Below, one piece after another: positions 11,826 through 26,405 of a stretch of 64,000 nt of DNA. Source of the stretch: Gordius albopunctatus (taxonomy: Eukaryota); NCBI GenBank assembly GCA_964276515.1, contig OZ193909.1:8060001-8124000 (forward strand), given 5' to 3'. Position numbers and translations under genes: made by a program. The notes beneath the pieces were generated by a model, which searched no databases, was not told the origin of the DNA, and was given only the letters and a program-made list of their open reading frames with translations. How positions within the stretch are numbered: position 1 is the stretch's first letter; the number at the start of each line of letters is the position of its first letter.

Positions 11826-14800
11826 AGGATTGGTGTAGCTTGCCGACGCTAATTTCGTTCGCTTTAAACGACTGCGAGCCAATAAATATGTTTGGACTTG
11901 GAGTTTAAAATCTGTGATCGGGGGTGTAATATAGTTGCAAAGGTAGCTTTGTCGATGGGTTGTTATATTGTTCGCAAATATGCGGCCTAACAAGAGTTTG
12001 CTTTCATTTGTCGCCGAGAGTATTTGATAAAAGTTGAGCGATAAGTTTGTCCCTGAGGAAATACAATGAGGCGTCACCATTTTGAGCAATTTCGAGACGA
12101 GGCTTCTCCTTGGTTAGGACGAAGGTATTAATTTGACGTGACCGACAGAGTGAGCGAGGGAAATGATTGCATACATTTTGATTAGGCACAAGCAGGTTTT
12201 CGCATAAATTTGTCGGGATTTGTGTAACATTTTTTGACGATGAGGTGTGTGAAAAATTAAGGTAACGTAGTTGCGATGTATTTTTCATATCATCTCGTGC
12301 GAAGTTAAACGAATCTACTGAACGCGTGGGCGAAGAGATGTAAGGTGAGTAAACTGCAACCTATTAAGATAATAAATTTTAGCGGTATTTATATAAATGA
12401 GATGTCGATAAAATATGGAATAATAAATATTCTTTTGGCGCTTATTTATTGTTGCATTTGCAAAGGGGTGGCAAATAGAAAGATTTGTTACCTTATTGAC
12501 ATCCAACAATAACATTTATTTATAAGATTTTGGGGAATGAGAGCAAATAAAAGAAGAAAGTAGAAGAAGGCACACTTAAGGCCTCATTCCTCTACTACAA
12601 TTACATTACAAAAAATTTATTTAAAAATATATTAAACAAAAATCAAAATTATTATTTATTATGTGTCAAAATGAAATTTAAATAAGTGTGTTTATGATTG
12701 CGAAGTTAAAAAAATTATAGCAGTAAATATAACTAAATTGCGGTAAGATGAAAACAACTGTATTTTATAAGTCTTGTCTATTTTAAATTTATTGAAAGTT
12801 AAATAATTTTTATTTTTTTAAATTCGATTCGAAGTTTTGAATCTCAGCAAGTCAAGATTCGTTCGAAATTTACACATAAGGATTCGAATTCGGTCCAAAT
12901 CCGAATTTAGAATATTTCCCATTAGCGTTGGATAAAACTTAAATTCGTTCAAAATATACAATACCAAAATATATGTCCAAAATGGCAAACAGTAAATTTT
13001 TGTTTTTCCCAGCGATTATTTAAAAATACTTTTTAAAACTATATCTATAACAGATTAAATTTAGGTCTGAATTGAAAAGCATTAATTAATATCATCACTT
13101 GTGTACATATTGTCTCATCTCTACTAGAAGAGTGCCTAATTAAATCGGGATTTAGCTACCACCTACTATATTTTGAAGTATCATAGAGTTAGCAAAAAAA
13201 TATTTTGAACTTTGCAAATCCTAGTTTATTTCAATAATACGCCTTTAGGGGATACCCAATTAAAACAACTTTAGTGTAAAGTTACAATGAATTTAATCCT
13301 AGCAGTGGCAGGAGGTTATGATTTATAAACTGGTTCTAGTTATTATATCGATTATAATTTCAAAATCAATTGGATGAGAGAAAACGTTATCTAAATTATT
13401 ATATTCGGCGGGCATACTTTTAAGAAACCTTTTTATTAGGATCAAAAAGGGGTTATAAAACGTGCGTTGGGTCGAATAGATCCGATTTAAATTTAAAACA
13501 ATGATTTTTTTTAATTCGTGTTTAGGTTAATATATGGAATTAATTAGGCTGCTATGGCAAGGCAAATTTGTTTAGCCAGTATACGTCTTAAAACACAAAC
13601 TTGTTTGAGCATTTATATTTACAAAAGTACATAGTCCTCCCACATGTAGCAAGTAGTATAAATATTAATAAAGGATAATATTTATATTGATGATTTAACA
13701 AGTAATTTGAATTTTCTATTAATCTCGCAAGGTTTGATTATTTTTTAGAGTTTCACTTAACGCTCTTTTATATTACGTTTGTAAGGAAAATTCTGAATCG
13801 GCTCTAGGATGAAAATGAAAGAAATCAAAGGGATAAGGGCAGGTTAGGTTGCACAATATTTTGTATATTAGGTTAGAGGGTGGCTCAGACAATAAAATAC
13901 CCGAACTTTAAGCTTGGGTGAAGTTAACAGGCCAAACCAAACTCAAGGCAACTAATTAATTAAACAATATTTCATCTAAATAAACAAAAGCCTAATAATA
14001 TATACAGTGTTCGTTACACCCAACCCTCCTCCACGTCAATAATCTTATTTATCATTTACTTTACAAAGAAGCTATTAGCATTTACAAAAAAAAAATATTA
14101 GTGTAAATTTAAAGGGTCAAATAATATTTATATTTGTTAAAAGGAAATTAATCATTTAAAAATACCAAGAGAAAGGTGATTCTTCATTCATCATACTTAT
14201 CCATATTGGCTCGGGTACAGAAAAATTTAAAAACCAGGCTGGGATCGGCCAAATTGAAAACAAAATCATCAGGAACGAGCCGATAAAACAGGACATGTGG
14301 CCCCAAAACAATAAATTTTTCCATATGACATTTAGTCAAACTTAACATAAAGCTGCTTACAAGTCTATTAGATATTGGGCACAAAGATAGTTGAAATTAT
14401 TGTTATTCCTTTGGAAAAAGTATCGCGTGTCTTAATCGATTAGATTAGCGGCCTATCAATAAAATACTCTTTTTAGTTCTAATAGTTACCATTGATATAT
14501 ATTATTAATTGAATAAAGAGAAATTATGTAAGCTCTACGAAAATATTTATTTTATATCAAAATGGGTATTTTTAAATCATATTTTATAAATAGCTAGTTT
14601 GCTTGGGTTCAATTGGGGCCGGGCTAAGCTCTCAAGTTGGACTACCCCACCAGGGACGACCTGAGCCCGAGGCCCGATTATTTTATCAAAATTGGCTAGA
14701 GCCCGTCCTGAAACTCTCTCGGAACATGTCTGGCTCGAAGCCAGCCATCGGGCGGGGCTCTATATGTTCAACCCTTATACAGCTACAAAATGCCAAATAC

Positions 14801-16497
14801 CTAGCGATAGAAAAAATGAAAAGTGGTATCAATATTATAGTGTCACAACCAAAACGTTTCTAAGTTTCGCCAGCAATCTAAAGATCAAATTTCTATTTTT
14901 TGTATAAAAATAAACTTTTCAGTTTCCATGGGTAGCATATCAAGTACAATTGGGGCGCGGAGACAAAAGGTTTGCTGATGATTTCGCAAAGAGTAAAATG
15001 ATAATTTATGAATTTTAATCGTAATTTCGTTAAATTGGAACAGTTGCTCTCCTTGTCCGCCCCCCGCCTATGTATCTTTACTTTGCAAACAACTTTAGAA
15101 GAAAATAGATTTGACGTTCAACAAATTAACCAAAAAGGCGATAACATTTAAGCTCAGATGAAATCCATGAAAAACAATGTTGATAATGATTTAACCAAAC
15201 TTTCTCATTGGCCTAGGAAGCCAAAATATTTAAGTTTGATTTAAAAAGGTGAAAATTGATTCAGTTTTCTCAATATCGATTAATTTTTCACCTGAGCCTG
15301 GATTTTAATAAAGCGATATAAAGGCCACAAATAAGTAAAAATTAGAATTTTGTTAGCCTGTCTAGGGAAAACCATATGCATGGCACGAATAATAGCGATT
15401 CAACGCTCAAGAGACTAAAAACTTATAGTTAAAATAATATGTCATGTCAGAATATCAATAAATGGATTGAGATTATTGACATTTTCCACAATTATATCCT
15501 AGCTCAAAGGAAATTATAAATATACTATGGGCAAAACATGTATATAATTTATTAAATATGACAATATCTAAGACTTTTTACATTTTTCTACCTAAAATTT
15601 ATATTTCAAAATATAATAAATTAAAGCTTAATTTTTAAAGATTCCCCCCACCCTCAAAAAAAATCCTGGCTAATGTTAAGTGAAAATAACTAGGCTTTTG
15701 ATATTATGTATCCAAAATAAAAAATGTATAAAATTTTCAAAGCTCTGTTTTAATTTTCAAAAGTAAATATTGATTTTATAGTAATCAAGATGCTAATAGA
15801 CTATCTACAATTAGGGTTTAGTTAAATTAATGACGAACGAAAATGAATCAGCAGTGTTTGAATCATCACAGAAAATCGATACGCTATCCGAATTACAGCA
15901 AGTATAAAGTTAATAAGCATATGAAACAGAAACGTCGCTAAAAATCGCACTTTTATAAGTTTGGCGATGGCTTTTATTAATTTTAAATATTAAAAAAAGC
16001 ATTCAAAGATTAGAAATGGAAACCGGCAGTTTGAAATTTTGAAACATAGCATAATAATATGATAACATAATGCAATTTCGCAAAAGACAAGCCACATTAG
16101 GGGTAAAATATTTAACTTTCTTTTAAAGCAATATATTTAAAAAAAAGTCTCGTATTAGCTTAATGCTCACATAGTAAATTAAGATCAACCAGATAACGAA
16201 TATCAGAGCGGAGCGTCCGTCGTAACCTTGATTTTAAGCATGAGACCAACTAATGCGAATAAGCTCGCTATTCAAATCAGAGGAAGACATATATGGAATT
16301 TTTAAACTTTCGGCGCCCTATGCTCTCCGCACTCTAAATGTATTTTTATGGAATTTAATAACGGTAAAAAAATATAACTAAACATATGTATGTATATCTA
16401 TTTTGATCAACTTATTTGAAATTTATTAAAAAAAATTATTGTAGTGCGATTATAAAAATATTTCTCAGTAGCTACTTTGATTGTTTTTGTAACAAAT

Positions 16498-16653
16498 TAT
16501 GGCCGTAGCCAGGTTTTGAATTAGGGGGGGGGGGGGGCGAAACGTTCAAAAGTTCAATTGGGGGGGGGGGGCAAAACATTAAATTTTTAAGGCTTTTTGC
16601 GTTGAAAATTTTTTTTCGCTATTTAGCCCCCCCCCCTTCTTGCTACGCCCATG
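16498..16653. mobile_element. hAT-type MITE
   Basis: TIRs tatggccgtagcca / ttgctacgcccatg; perfect 8-bp TSD taacaaat. Confidence 0.85.
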
Positions 16654-16899
16654 TAACAAATTATTTAAAAGCCATTTAATATTGGTTTAGCCAAATATTC
16701 CCGCATACATAATTTCGTCAAGATCAAGGTTACATCAACAAAATAAATGAGTTTAGTGTAGACGTTACCTCGAGCTAATTCTCCTAATTTATAATAAGTA
16801 AATGGTAAATGAAGGTAATACAAGGGAACGCTAGTTAAAGTTTTAGGTGTGACCCTAATATTATTTGGTAGGCTTAATTTACAAATCAATAATGTTACA

Positions 16900-17054
16900 C
16901 ATCGGCGTAGGCAGGATTCTAGAGAGGGGGGGGGCAATAGTGATTTAAGGAGGGGAAAATTATCATTTTTTGAAATTTAACCCTTAAATTTTAAATAATT
17001 TTTGGATTTAGAGGGGGGCAGCAACCCCTCCCTTCCTCCCTCTGGCTAGGCCCT
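16900..17054. mobile_element. hAT-type MITE, degenerate
   Basis: catcggcgtaggcagg ... ctggctaggccct ends; body similar to 362-526. Confidence 0.7.
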
Positions 17055-19610
17055 AAAAAATATTAATTACTATGCAATTTTTTTACATTGTACACAGATT
17101 GTGATGGCATTATCAAATCTATAGGTGTAGTGGTCTGATCACCGTTTTATACTCTTATTAATTCCTATCACAAGTTGATTAGCAATTGAAATCAAACTTG
17201 AAATTTATTCGCGTTTATACAAAATCCACCTATTTATTATGGAAACTTTTAAGATATTGAAAACCAATTGTCTTCATTAGCGCTCTTAAAAAGTTTAAAT
17301 ATAAGTTTCTAATATGTCTTTTGCTTAAAAAATCGTTTTTGGAAGTGTTGAGATTTTGGGGATAAAAAAACATTCGTTAAAGGTGAAAATTGACCACTCG
17401 TGGGAGACAAAACAAAAATGCATTTATTTTGTTAACAAAATCCAGTAATAAAAGTTGTTGATTTTTTAAAATGAATGGTTACATATGAAAGTAGTGAGGT
17501 TATATGTTCAAGCAAGAAAATTATTTGCTAGAAATTAGCCAAAGTTGGTCACTGGACTGCGCATGTTAGTGATAAAAGGTGAAATATATTGCATTTGTTT
17601 GATTTGATCATTTAATCTTAACAGATTTGATGAAATATATGTTTTTTTTAAATAGGCGTAGCCAAATGTGCTCGCTCTCTCAATATAAAAATTCCATTTA
17701 TATGATTCATTTATAAATAACTTGAAACAAATTATTATTTTGCTCCTCTCAAAATTATCGATACTTTTTTTCCCAATTAAAATCTTGGCTACCTCCTTAT
17801 AAATACGCATGCAAGCTGTACGCTAAAAACTTAAAATATATATATGTTGTGTTATAAGGCCCTCAAATCGTAATAAAATGATAGTATATATTCATTTAGA
17901 AGAAGAGGCAAAAATACGCCTGTGTGATAAATTAACATTTGAGTAAGGACTTTTCACAAGGTTTGGTTTACTTTGAAATTGTAATAAGGGTGCGGTGGTC
18001 AAAAATTTAAGGCTGGAGTGAAGGCTTAAAACGGAAATTATTATAATGATAAAATATTGTTTGACGTTTCACTAGATTTTTTTGATTGTATATATGCAAA
18101 ACAAATTAGCCTGAAGCATAATATTTTAAAACTAATTGTTCGGTTAAAAAACGCACAAAAGTTGCGCTCAAATAAGTATAAAAAATAACTTAAATTGGTG
18201 TATTTAAAATTTAAAGATAATGGCGAAACATTGCGCGTTACTGAATTTTTACCATGTTAGAGGCTGGAATAATCGGTCGGTATGGTGAGGAGAATTGTAA
18301 TTATGCCGATGATAAAGAAATAACCATGATGAATGGAAGACGCTCAACGTAAATGTATAAATTGACGAGTGCTTGCTTGCTTCTAACACCTAAATGTGTG
18401 CACTAAAAATCTCGTCGCGGTACCACAATGATGGGGCAAAGTTGACTAAATTGAGCGACAAAAGGAGAAGCAACACTTTGTACAAAATATGACATGTTTG
18501 TGAGGCGGTGGTGGGGTGGGGAGAGGTGGTTGAGTAAGTATGACTTGCTCAACTTCGAGATGACATTTGCCACGGGTGTCGAGGGGCTGGGTAGATAATT
18601 GAGAAGATAAACGCGGCTAAAAAAGTCCTCAAGGTTTTATCTGGGGGGGGGGGCGGTGGGGTGGGTAGCGAATGCGCAAACACGTATCAATAAATACACA
18701 TTTACTATTATAGTTTTTTTATTACTATCTACTAGCAAACAATATTACGCACGCCAAAATACTTATTCTCCCTGCCAGCAGTAGCACATTTCTTTTTTCG
18801 CTTTTACTGAAAAGCAAATAATCACACACATATGGAAAATGTTTGCGTAAACAAAGTGCGCGAGTTCTCTTTCGTTAAATTCCGTTGTAAAGTTGTAATA
18901 GATCGCAGGACGAGGTCATGGCCACACTCCGGGGTTAATTTCAAAACATTTTGCTTTATAAAGCTCTAATTTGCATAAATTATGTTTTTAACCAGTTATC
19001 AAAAAATTTAAGTGTAATTAAATGGTAATAAAGATAATTTTGAGGCCACGACACTTATAAAATAAATATATCAGATGGGGACATTTTAATTATTACAACC
19101 CTAAAATTAAGAAAATATTCGTATTAAAGAGGTCCTCAAATGCAAATAGGTACCCTTAATTTTAGCAATATAATGTTGCATGAGGGGGCATAGGCATGGA
19201 GGGGTAGCTGCCCATTTTGAAAAATTAATTATGGATAAAATTTTATAATCAGCAATTTGTGCCCCCCTTCTCAATTTTAAATCCCTGTCTCCACCCTTAA
19301 ATTTTTTAAGGGAATATTCAAATTTCTATGGCATTTTTTTTATTGGCTGTAATTATTTAGTAAATATATTTTAAAAAATATTGCCAAATGAGAACTAGAG
19401 AGATGAAACATTGTTTAGCGTTTTCTACATCATATTTTTCAAATAAAATTTAGCTCTCATGACTTAATTGCATAACATTATTTGGCTTATGATCTACCTA
19501 GGAACAATTTCCCTTCAGGTTATTCGTAAGTGCTAAGACATTGGCATTGTGTCAGCAATTTAACTTCAGGCGTTTTATTCTAACAATAATTTTTATCTAT
19601 GCCTATTTTG

Positions 19611-22115
19611 CAGGCGCGTATCCAGGATTTTCTCAAGGGGGAGGAAAAATTCAAAAAAATACAATATATGCGCAACTTCAAGTTCAAGGCGCTATATAAT
19701 TAACTTTGAAAAAATCTATTTTCTTTATTAATCAGAGCATTTACTATCGCATTTATACCTTAAAAAAGGACATGGACCTTATGCAAGTTATTCAACTGGC
19801 AGAAAATATTATCATTTAGGTAAAATTAAATAATGGCGGAACCCAAAGCAAAATTATACAGTCATTCAATCTGTTTACTTGACATTTTTAGTACAGCTAA
19901 ATGAACGGTGTTTAGATAAAAAAAAAACAAGATTTTCATAATTTACAATCAATGGTGCAAGCTTTTAGTCGAAAATTAAATTTAAAAAATTGAATGTATA
20001 TATTATTATGTTTCCAGGCTTTTATAAGTGTCTCAAAATCTGTTATGCAACTAAACTATAATATTTTAACCCATTGAATCTAATTATTAATCAAAAAACG
20101 TTAAATTCTTCAAATTTAATTATTAATTATAAACTCGGGCCTTTGGCCCTCGTGGGAAGGGGGAAGGGGAGGGAAGGGAGGAGGGGAAGGAAGGGGGAAC
20201 TCATCTACACTCCGTATAAATGTATCATATTTGCTATGCAATTTATGGAAATACTTACGTGAATATTGCAAAACGAAGGTTGGATGCACTAAATAAGTGT
20301 ATATGCCAAATATCATAAAGGGGGAGAGAGGGAGCGAAGTGGAAGCTTTATGGTTAGTTAAATTCTACGGGAGTTGTATTACCAAAAAGTCATAATAGCA
20401 ATGGTAGGAACAGGAACAATCATAATAGTCAAAAAAAACGGAAAAAATAATTTCGATTCACATTTTGGCCAATGGTCATTTTTTTCCATTGGTCAGCAGC
20501 CAGGACACGGTAAAAGTGGATATAAATTCATAACAGTCAAAAAAAAACGAAAAAATAATTTTCGAATAACATTTTGGCCAATGGTCATTTTATTCCATTG
20601 GTCAGCAGCCAGCGGACGGCCAAAAAGTCATAATAGCAATGGTAGGAACAGGAACAATCATAAGAGTCAAAAAAAACGAAAAAAATATTTTCGAATCACA
20701 TTTTGGCCAATGGTCATTTTTTTCCATTGGTCAGCAGCCAGGACACGGTAAAAGTGGATATAAATTCATAACAGTCAAAAAAAAACGAAAAAAAATTTTC
20801 GAATCACATTTTGGCCAATGGTCATTTTATTCCATTGGTCAGCAGCCAGCGGACGGCCAAAAAGTCATAATAGCAATGGTAGGAACAGGAACAATCATAA
20901 TATTCAAAAAAAACGAAAAAATAAACTCGGATACACATTTTGGCCAATGGTCATTTTTTTCATTGGTCAGCAGCCAGCGGACGGCCAAAAAGTCTTATTA
21001 TCATTGATAGTAACAAGAACAATCATAAGAGTCAAAAAAAACTCCGGGATTCTAACCCAAAAACTAGATAAATTGCATAGCAATTATTAAAAAGTATAGG
21101 GTAATTATCAATGTTAACCTATTCAAAAACGAACAAAAAATTTCGATTTATTTGGCCAATGGTAATTTTTTTCAATTATCAATGTTAACCTATTCAAAAA
21201 GGAAAAACAAAAAATTAGGATTTATTTGGCCAATGTTCATTTTTTCATTGGTCAGTAGCCAGCGGACGGTCAAAAAGTCATATTATCAATGGTATTAACA
21301 AGAACAAAATATTAAATTAATTAAAAAAATAAAAATTTTGCCCTCTCCGGGATTCGAACCCACATTAAATAGAGGCATAAGCCTTTGGAGGGGAACAGGG
21401 AACCATATAAATAGAGCCATAGGCCCTTGTAGGGGAGGGCATAGGGTAATTATCAATGTTAAACTATTCAAAAACGAAAAATTAAAAATTTCGATTTATC
21501 TGGCCAGTGGTCATTTTTTCATTGGTCAGTAGCCTGCGGACGGTCAAAAATTCATATTATCAATGGTATTAACAAGAACAATATATTAATTTAATTTAAA
21601 AAAAAATAAAAATTTTTGTCCTCTCCGGGTCTCGAACCATCAATTTAGAACGTTCGCCGGGATTCAAACCCACATTAAATAGAGGCATAAGCCTTTGGAG
21701 GGGAACAGGGAACCATATAAATAGAGCCATAGGCCCTTGTAGGGGAGGGCATAGGGTAATTATCAATGTTAAACTATTCAAAAACGAAAAATTAAAAATT
21801 TCGATTTATCTGGCCAGTGGTCATTTTTTCATTGGTCAGTAGCCTGCGGACGGTCAAAAAGTCATATTATCAATGGTATTAACAAGAACAAAATATTAAT
21901 TTAATTTAAAAAAAAAAAAAATTTGTCCTCTCCGGGTCTCGAACCCGCAACCTCCAGGTCGGGAAGCTGGTGTAAATAACTTGGTAGACGGACGGACGGA
22001 CGGACGGACGGACAACCAAAAACGAGCCCATAAATTGCATAGTAATTAAAAATGTTCAAATTTTAGTCAAAGGGGTAGAGAAGTCCCGCTTTCTGCCCAC
22101 TTGGCTACGCGCCTG
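19611..22115. mobile_element. Non-autonomous hAT element carrying a nested HINE
   Basis: TIRs caggcgcgtatcca / tggctacgcgcctg; perfect 8-bp TSD ctattttg (19603-19610 and 22116-22123). Confidence 0.85.
20131..22047 (-). mobile_element. DINE-1/Helentron-like non-autonomous element (HINE), copy 1
   Basis: Subterminal inverted repeat ttgctatgcaatttatgg, (GTCC)n microsatellite near the 5' end, central tandem array, 3' hairpin gggcc-aaa-ggccc, no TSD, A/T-rich site. Near-identical to 45390-47787 and 48979-50880. Confidence 0.8.
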
Positions 22116-22822
22116 CTATTTTGATAGGGGTATCCAGATTTAAATAAGGTGAACCAATAATAATTTAGCATAATTTACGGTGAGCTAGATAAAGCGTTTT
22201 AAATTTTTAAGGGGTAAAATATTTTACGCTAAACTTAGTGGTCATTACTTACAACCTCATCGGTAGGTAACATAGAAGAAGTTTCTAGATTGGCCACGTC
22301 CCAGGATTTGGACTTAGGTAAGGTAAATCTAGAGCCATTTCTAATTTTAATTTATATTTAATTATATACTTCTCTCCGTAGGCCCACTTGACTTGTTTAT
22401 ACATTTATATAAATAAATAGGTGAATGTGAGACTTTCTCCCCAAAATTTAACCTTTTTTAACATTTAAATTATTTTGAAAGCCATATGAAATGATTTTGG
22501 TCTGTAATGGTAGAGTCTAAATTTTTTTTTCTAAGGTCCACCTTTCGTAGCCGTTTTCAAGCAGACCCAAGATTTTATTTCGAGTTTTTGAGTCGTAGAG
22601 ATTTTGTTTGGAAATCTGATTGCTATACAAGTAATATACTAAAAAAATCATGATTTAAAATTAGGGGTAAATATAATGTGAACTTTGATATTTTGTAGTT
22701 AGCGAGATTATGTGATTTCCAAACCAAGGCAGACTTTCATATATAATAATTTTAGCGATATCAAGTGCTCTGGATATTGTTTGTATTACTATTCTTGTGA
22801 CAATTGTCATAGTTATCGTTTA

Positions 22823-22989
22823 CATGGAGGCAGCTAGGATTGGAACTGGGGGGGGCAATAATGCTATAAGGAGGAGCAAATTAATAATAATTTTTTGAAT
22901 TTTAGGACATAAATATACAAAAATTTTAAATATTTCTGGATTTAGAGGGGGCAGTCGTTCCTCCCTGCTACTCCCTGGATAGGGTTATA
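22823..22989. mobile_element. hAT-type MITE, degenerate TIRs
   Basis: Family body sequence; perfect 8-bp TSD atcgttta. Confidence 0.75.
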
Positions 22990-23214
22990 ATCGTTTATAA
23001 ATCGAATCACATCGCTTATGGCATGATATAAATATTTTTTTTATATAAAAAGTGATGTTACCAATTCTTGGTGACAATTGCATTATAATCCTTAATAGGA
23101 CTAATCACATTTTTTGCCGAATAATTATCTATTAAATGTCATAAAATTATTATTAATTTAAAAGTTAAATTTGTCACGATATCTGGATGAAAATTGGCAG
23201 ATTTTTTAAAATTT

Positions 23215-24292
23215 TGATACTGTATAAATTTAAACAATTTGTTGTAGTAGGCGACCTATTATTTGAATTATGACTATAGACTCTATTCGAATCATGCGAT
23301 GCGCATATGTATAGTATAAACAAGAAAGCAACAATGAAATGGTAACATTTTATCTCATCTAGCGAGTAAAAGAATGGATCATGGTGCGAATATTAGATGC
23401 GACGGTAAAATTAAGGTGAAAATTTTGCACTATATTCAGGGTTAGGTTAGTGGATAGCGATTTTATTAGCAAAAAGGGACGGGGCAAACCAATTTGTAGA
23501 ACTATATATACAAAGGGTGCGGTGAGACGTGGGAAAAAATTATATAAGGGCAAAAAATAGAAAAAAAAATTTCGATATACACTTTGGCCAGTGATAATAT
23601 TTTCCAATGGTCAGCAGACGGCCAAAAAGCTAGCCAATAATTATAGTCTGGAGGAAAAAATTCGATTTTAATCTCACTTTGGCCAGGGGTCATTTTTTTA
23701 TTGCTCAGTAGCCAGCAAACGGCCAAATAGCCTATATTTATAATATAGAAAAAAAATGATAAACACTTTGGCCAGTGTTAATTTTTTTATTGGTCAGTAG
23801 CCAGCAGATTGCCAAATAGCCTATATTTTTAAACTTATTATTAATGCAAAATTTAGGTTAATAACAAAAAGAAACAATAATTCACAAAGCAGCAAATATA
23901 CAATTAAAATAGCAATTAAGCAAATTAATAATTTTGGCCTTTGCCCAGGGTCAGATAAAGTAGAATTAAACAAAGGTCATCATTAATTTGCAGGAAAATT
24001 TTTAGGCAATTTAGCAGCATCCGTTATAAAGCAACAACCTAGACAAATTTTCAAAAGAAATTCAGGTATAAAGCTAATCAGTCGGGCACAACAACAATAA
24101 TGGATATTGGGCTCAGGCGAGGTCAAAAAAATTAAAGCCAACTAGCGGTCATAAGGTAGTCTATTTGCAAAAGCCAAATAGAAGTCTTTTACAGAAGCAT
24201 AAGTCCACAGCCATTAAAAATCTCCATGGCAATTATGCAAAAAGTACAAGTTGGACAACGGACGGACGGACGGACGGACAACGAAAAGCGAG
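23215..24292 (-). mobile_element. Older HINE copy running into the assembly gap
   Basis: Degenerate ttggcca...attggtcagtagcc units; (GGAC)n + aacgaaaagcgag end motif; shares a ~110-bp segment with 31697-31795 in inverted orientation. Confidence 0.65.
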
Positions 24293-24492
24293 NNNNNNNN
24301 NNNNNNNNNNNNNNNNNNNNNNNNNNNNNNNNNNNNNNNNNNNNNNNNNNNNNNNNNNNNNNNNNNNNNNNNNNNNNNNNNNNNNNNNNNNNNNNNNNNN
24401 NNNNNNNNNNNNNNNNNNNNNNNNNNNNNNNNNNNNNNNNNNNNNNNNNNNNNNNNNNNNNNNNNNNNNNNNNNNNNNNNNNNNNNNNNNNN
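24293..24492. other. Assembly gap (200 N)
   Basis: Run of N. Confidence 1.
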
Positions 24493-24929
24493 TGTTAAAA
24501 TTATGACTAAAATTTCAAAAAATGTTCATTTTACCCCTTCCTAAATCATTATTGCCCCCCTTTAATTCCAATGCTGGCTACGCCCATGTATGTATATATA
24601 AGACCAAATTAGATTGAGTGAGCTAACTTTTATTGGGATGCAAATAATTATGTCAATATTTAAATGTTTCAATGGTACCTACATATTATATTTTGTGCTA
24701 TTTTACTATTAATTGATCAAAAATTGCGTTTTATATAATTATTCATTTATTTATCAAGTTTTAAATTTCAAGCAGAAATTTACCCATTGTTGGCACTCGG
24801 GGTCAATATACCTAACTAGGGCTAATTACGTCAGTGGCACCATTTACTTATTGCGTCATTAATACGATGTTTTCCCACAGCAACAAAAGTTATGTACCAT
24901 CAGGGTTGAACTGTTCCATTTGTGCCTTA

Positions 24930-26030
24930 AGGATTTATTGGCAGCATTAACTGTTACCGTTCGATGAAAACGGCTGCAGAATGGCACCGAACGCTTAACG
25001 AACGCTTGCCAAAACGTATGGTACATGCCCTTAGTATGTCACAGTGTTTTATTTTGAGTGCTATTTTTATTAAAAATAATGTGAGAAACCATAGCGTGAA
25101 GACCCTTGAATGTTTTAAGACAACGATTTACACGCATTGGTGGATGATGATTAAGCGCAAACTTACCTATTATTGACTCACTGATCAATTAGATGTGACA
25201 CGAGCTATTTCAAACGTTTTAAAGCATGGAAAATTTCCAAGAGTTTTATCTAAACTCAACGAAAGACGTTTGGAAAACCGAAAAACCACTAGCGAAATGC
25301 TGCTAACCAGAAACAAAAGAAAGTCATTTCTATATTGGGCTGACGATGATGTAGATTTATTCCATAAATTCTAAGTATAAAAAATCGTGTGTAACTCCAA
25401 GCCACCCTCGACATTGAATACAAGGTATTCTCTATATTTGACTGAATTCAATTTGTATAATCAATTATGAGCTGCTAATACCTAGCGAAACTGTTATTAC
25501 TACCCACAATAAATTTTTGCCTGGAACATAGAAGTAGCCAGGGAGGGGCGGGGGGGGGCTATGGCGAAAAAAAATTTTTCCAATGCAAAAAGCATTAAAA
25601 ATTGTTATGTTTTGCCCCCCCCCTAATTGAACTTCTGAACGTTTTGCCCCCCCCCCTCCCTAATCCAAAACCTGGCTACGCCCATGCCCTGGAATCAACT
25701 TTGCCTAAAAAATTGCCAGAACAACAATAAAGACAGCATAAAGTAATCTTGTTAATGATATACAATGCACCAGCATACACAGCAAAACTCTTAAAGAAAC
25801 TATAATGAAAAATAATTTCGCATGCGGCATAATCACCAGACAGGGTTCCGTTGATTACTACTTATTTTGAGTGATGGGTTACGCACCTCATGAACAGCGC
25901 TTTACTTCTTACGAAAATGGCTCGGTGACTGGTTTGCCTCAAAAGAGCAGCAATTTTTATTGGCATGGCACTTACAAAATGCTAGACAAAGGGAAAAGGA
26001 GTATGCAAAGCATCACTTTTCAAACAAGAC
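24930..26030 (+). mobile_element. Mariner (Mos1-like) transposase fossil, interrupted by a MITE
   Basis: Fragments KTAAEWHR, DLHALVDDD, LNERRLENRKTTSEMLLTRNKRKSFL, RQHKVILL..NAPA.TAK, DYYLF, EQRFTSYE, DWFASKE follow Mos1 transposase order; many stops and frameshifts. Confidence 0.85.
25527..25686. mobile_element. hAT-type MITE inserted in the mariner fossil
   Basis: cat..a.gtagccagg / cctggctacgcccatg ends; TSD gcctggaa / ccctggaa. Confidence 0.8.
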
Positions 26031-26405
26031 AACAAACGTGAATTTCGGTTTTATATTTAATTACCGTATACATCCGACGAACTGACAAAAGTTTGAAGAA
26101 TAATCGATCAAAATTTTTAATAAGCTTTGCAAAAATATGATATTTTCAAAGCTAGATCTTATGCACCTATGTAAACCTGAGACGGTTATGCCATACTTAT
26201 CAATTTAAGGTGAATATTTAGATGTAACAGATAATCAATTTATTATGCCAGAAGTACTAATTATTTTGTGAGGTTTTTTAGTCGAAAAACTTTCTGCCTT
26301 TAGAAAAATTATTTTAAAAGTTAGTTTGATGAAAGCATACAGTTAATACATTGTAAGACTTTTAATTACCTTGATTTCAAGTTTAAATTAATATCTTCTT
26401 ATTAA

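Noticed and set aside
20374..21090. Palindromic repeats with intervening sequence resembling a CRISPR array (also 46440-47530 and 50030-50640)
   Set aside because: The intervening sequences alternate between two recurring types rather than being unique spacers. There are no cas genes, the context is eukaryotic, and the arrays lie inside HINE termini.
24165..24544. ORFs spanning the N run
   Set aside because: Artefacts of the assembly gap.
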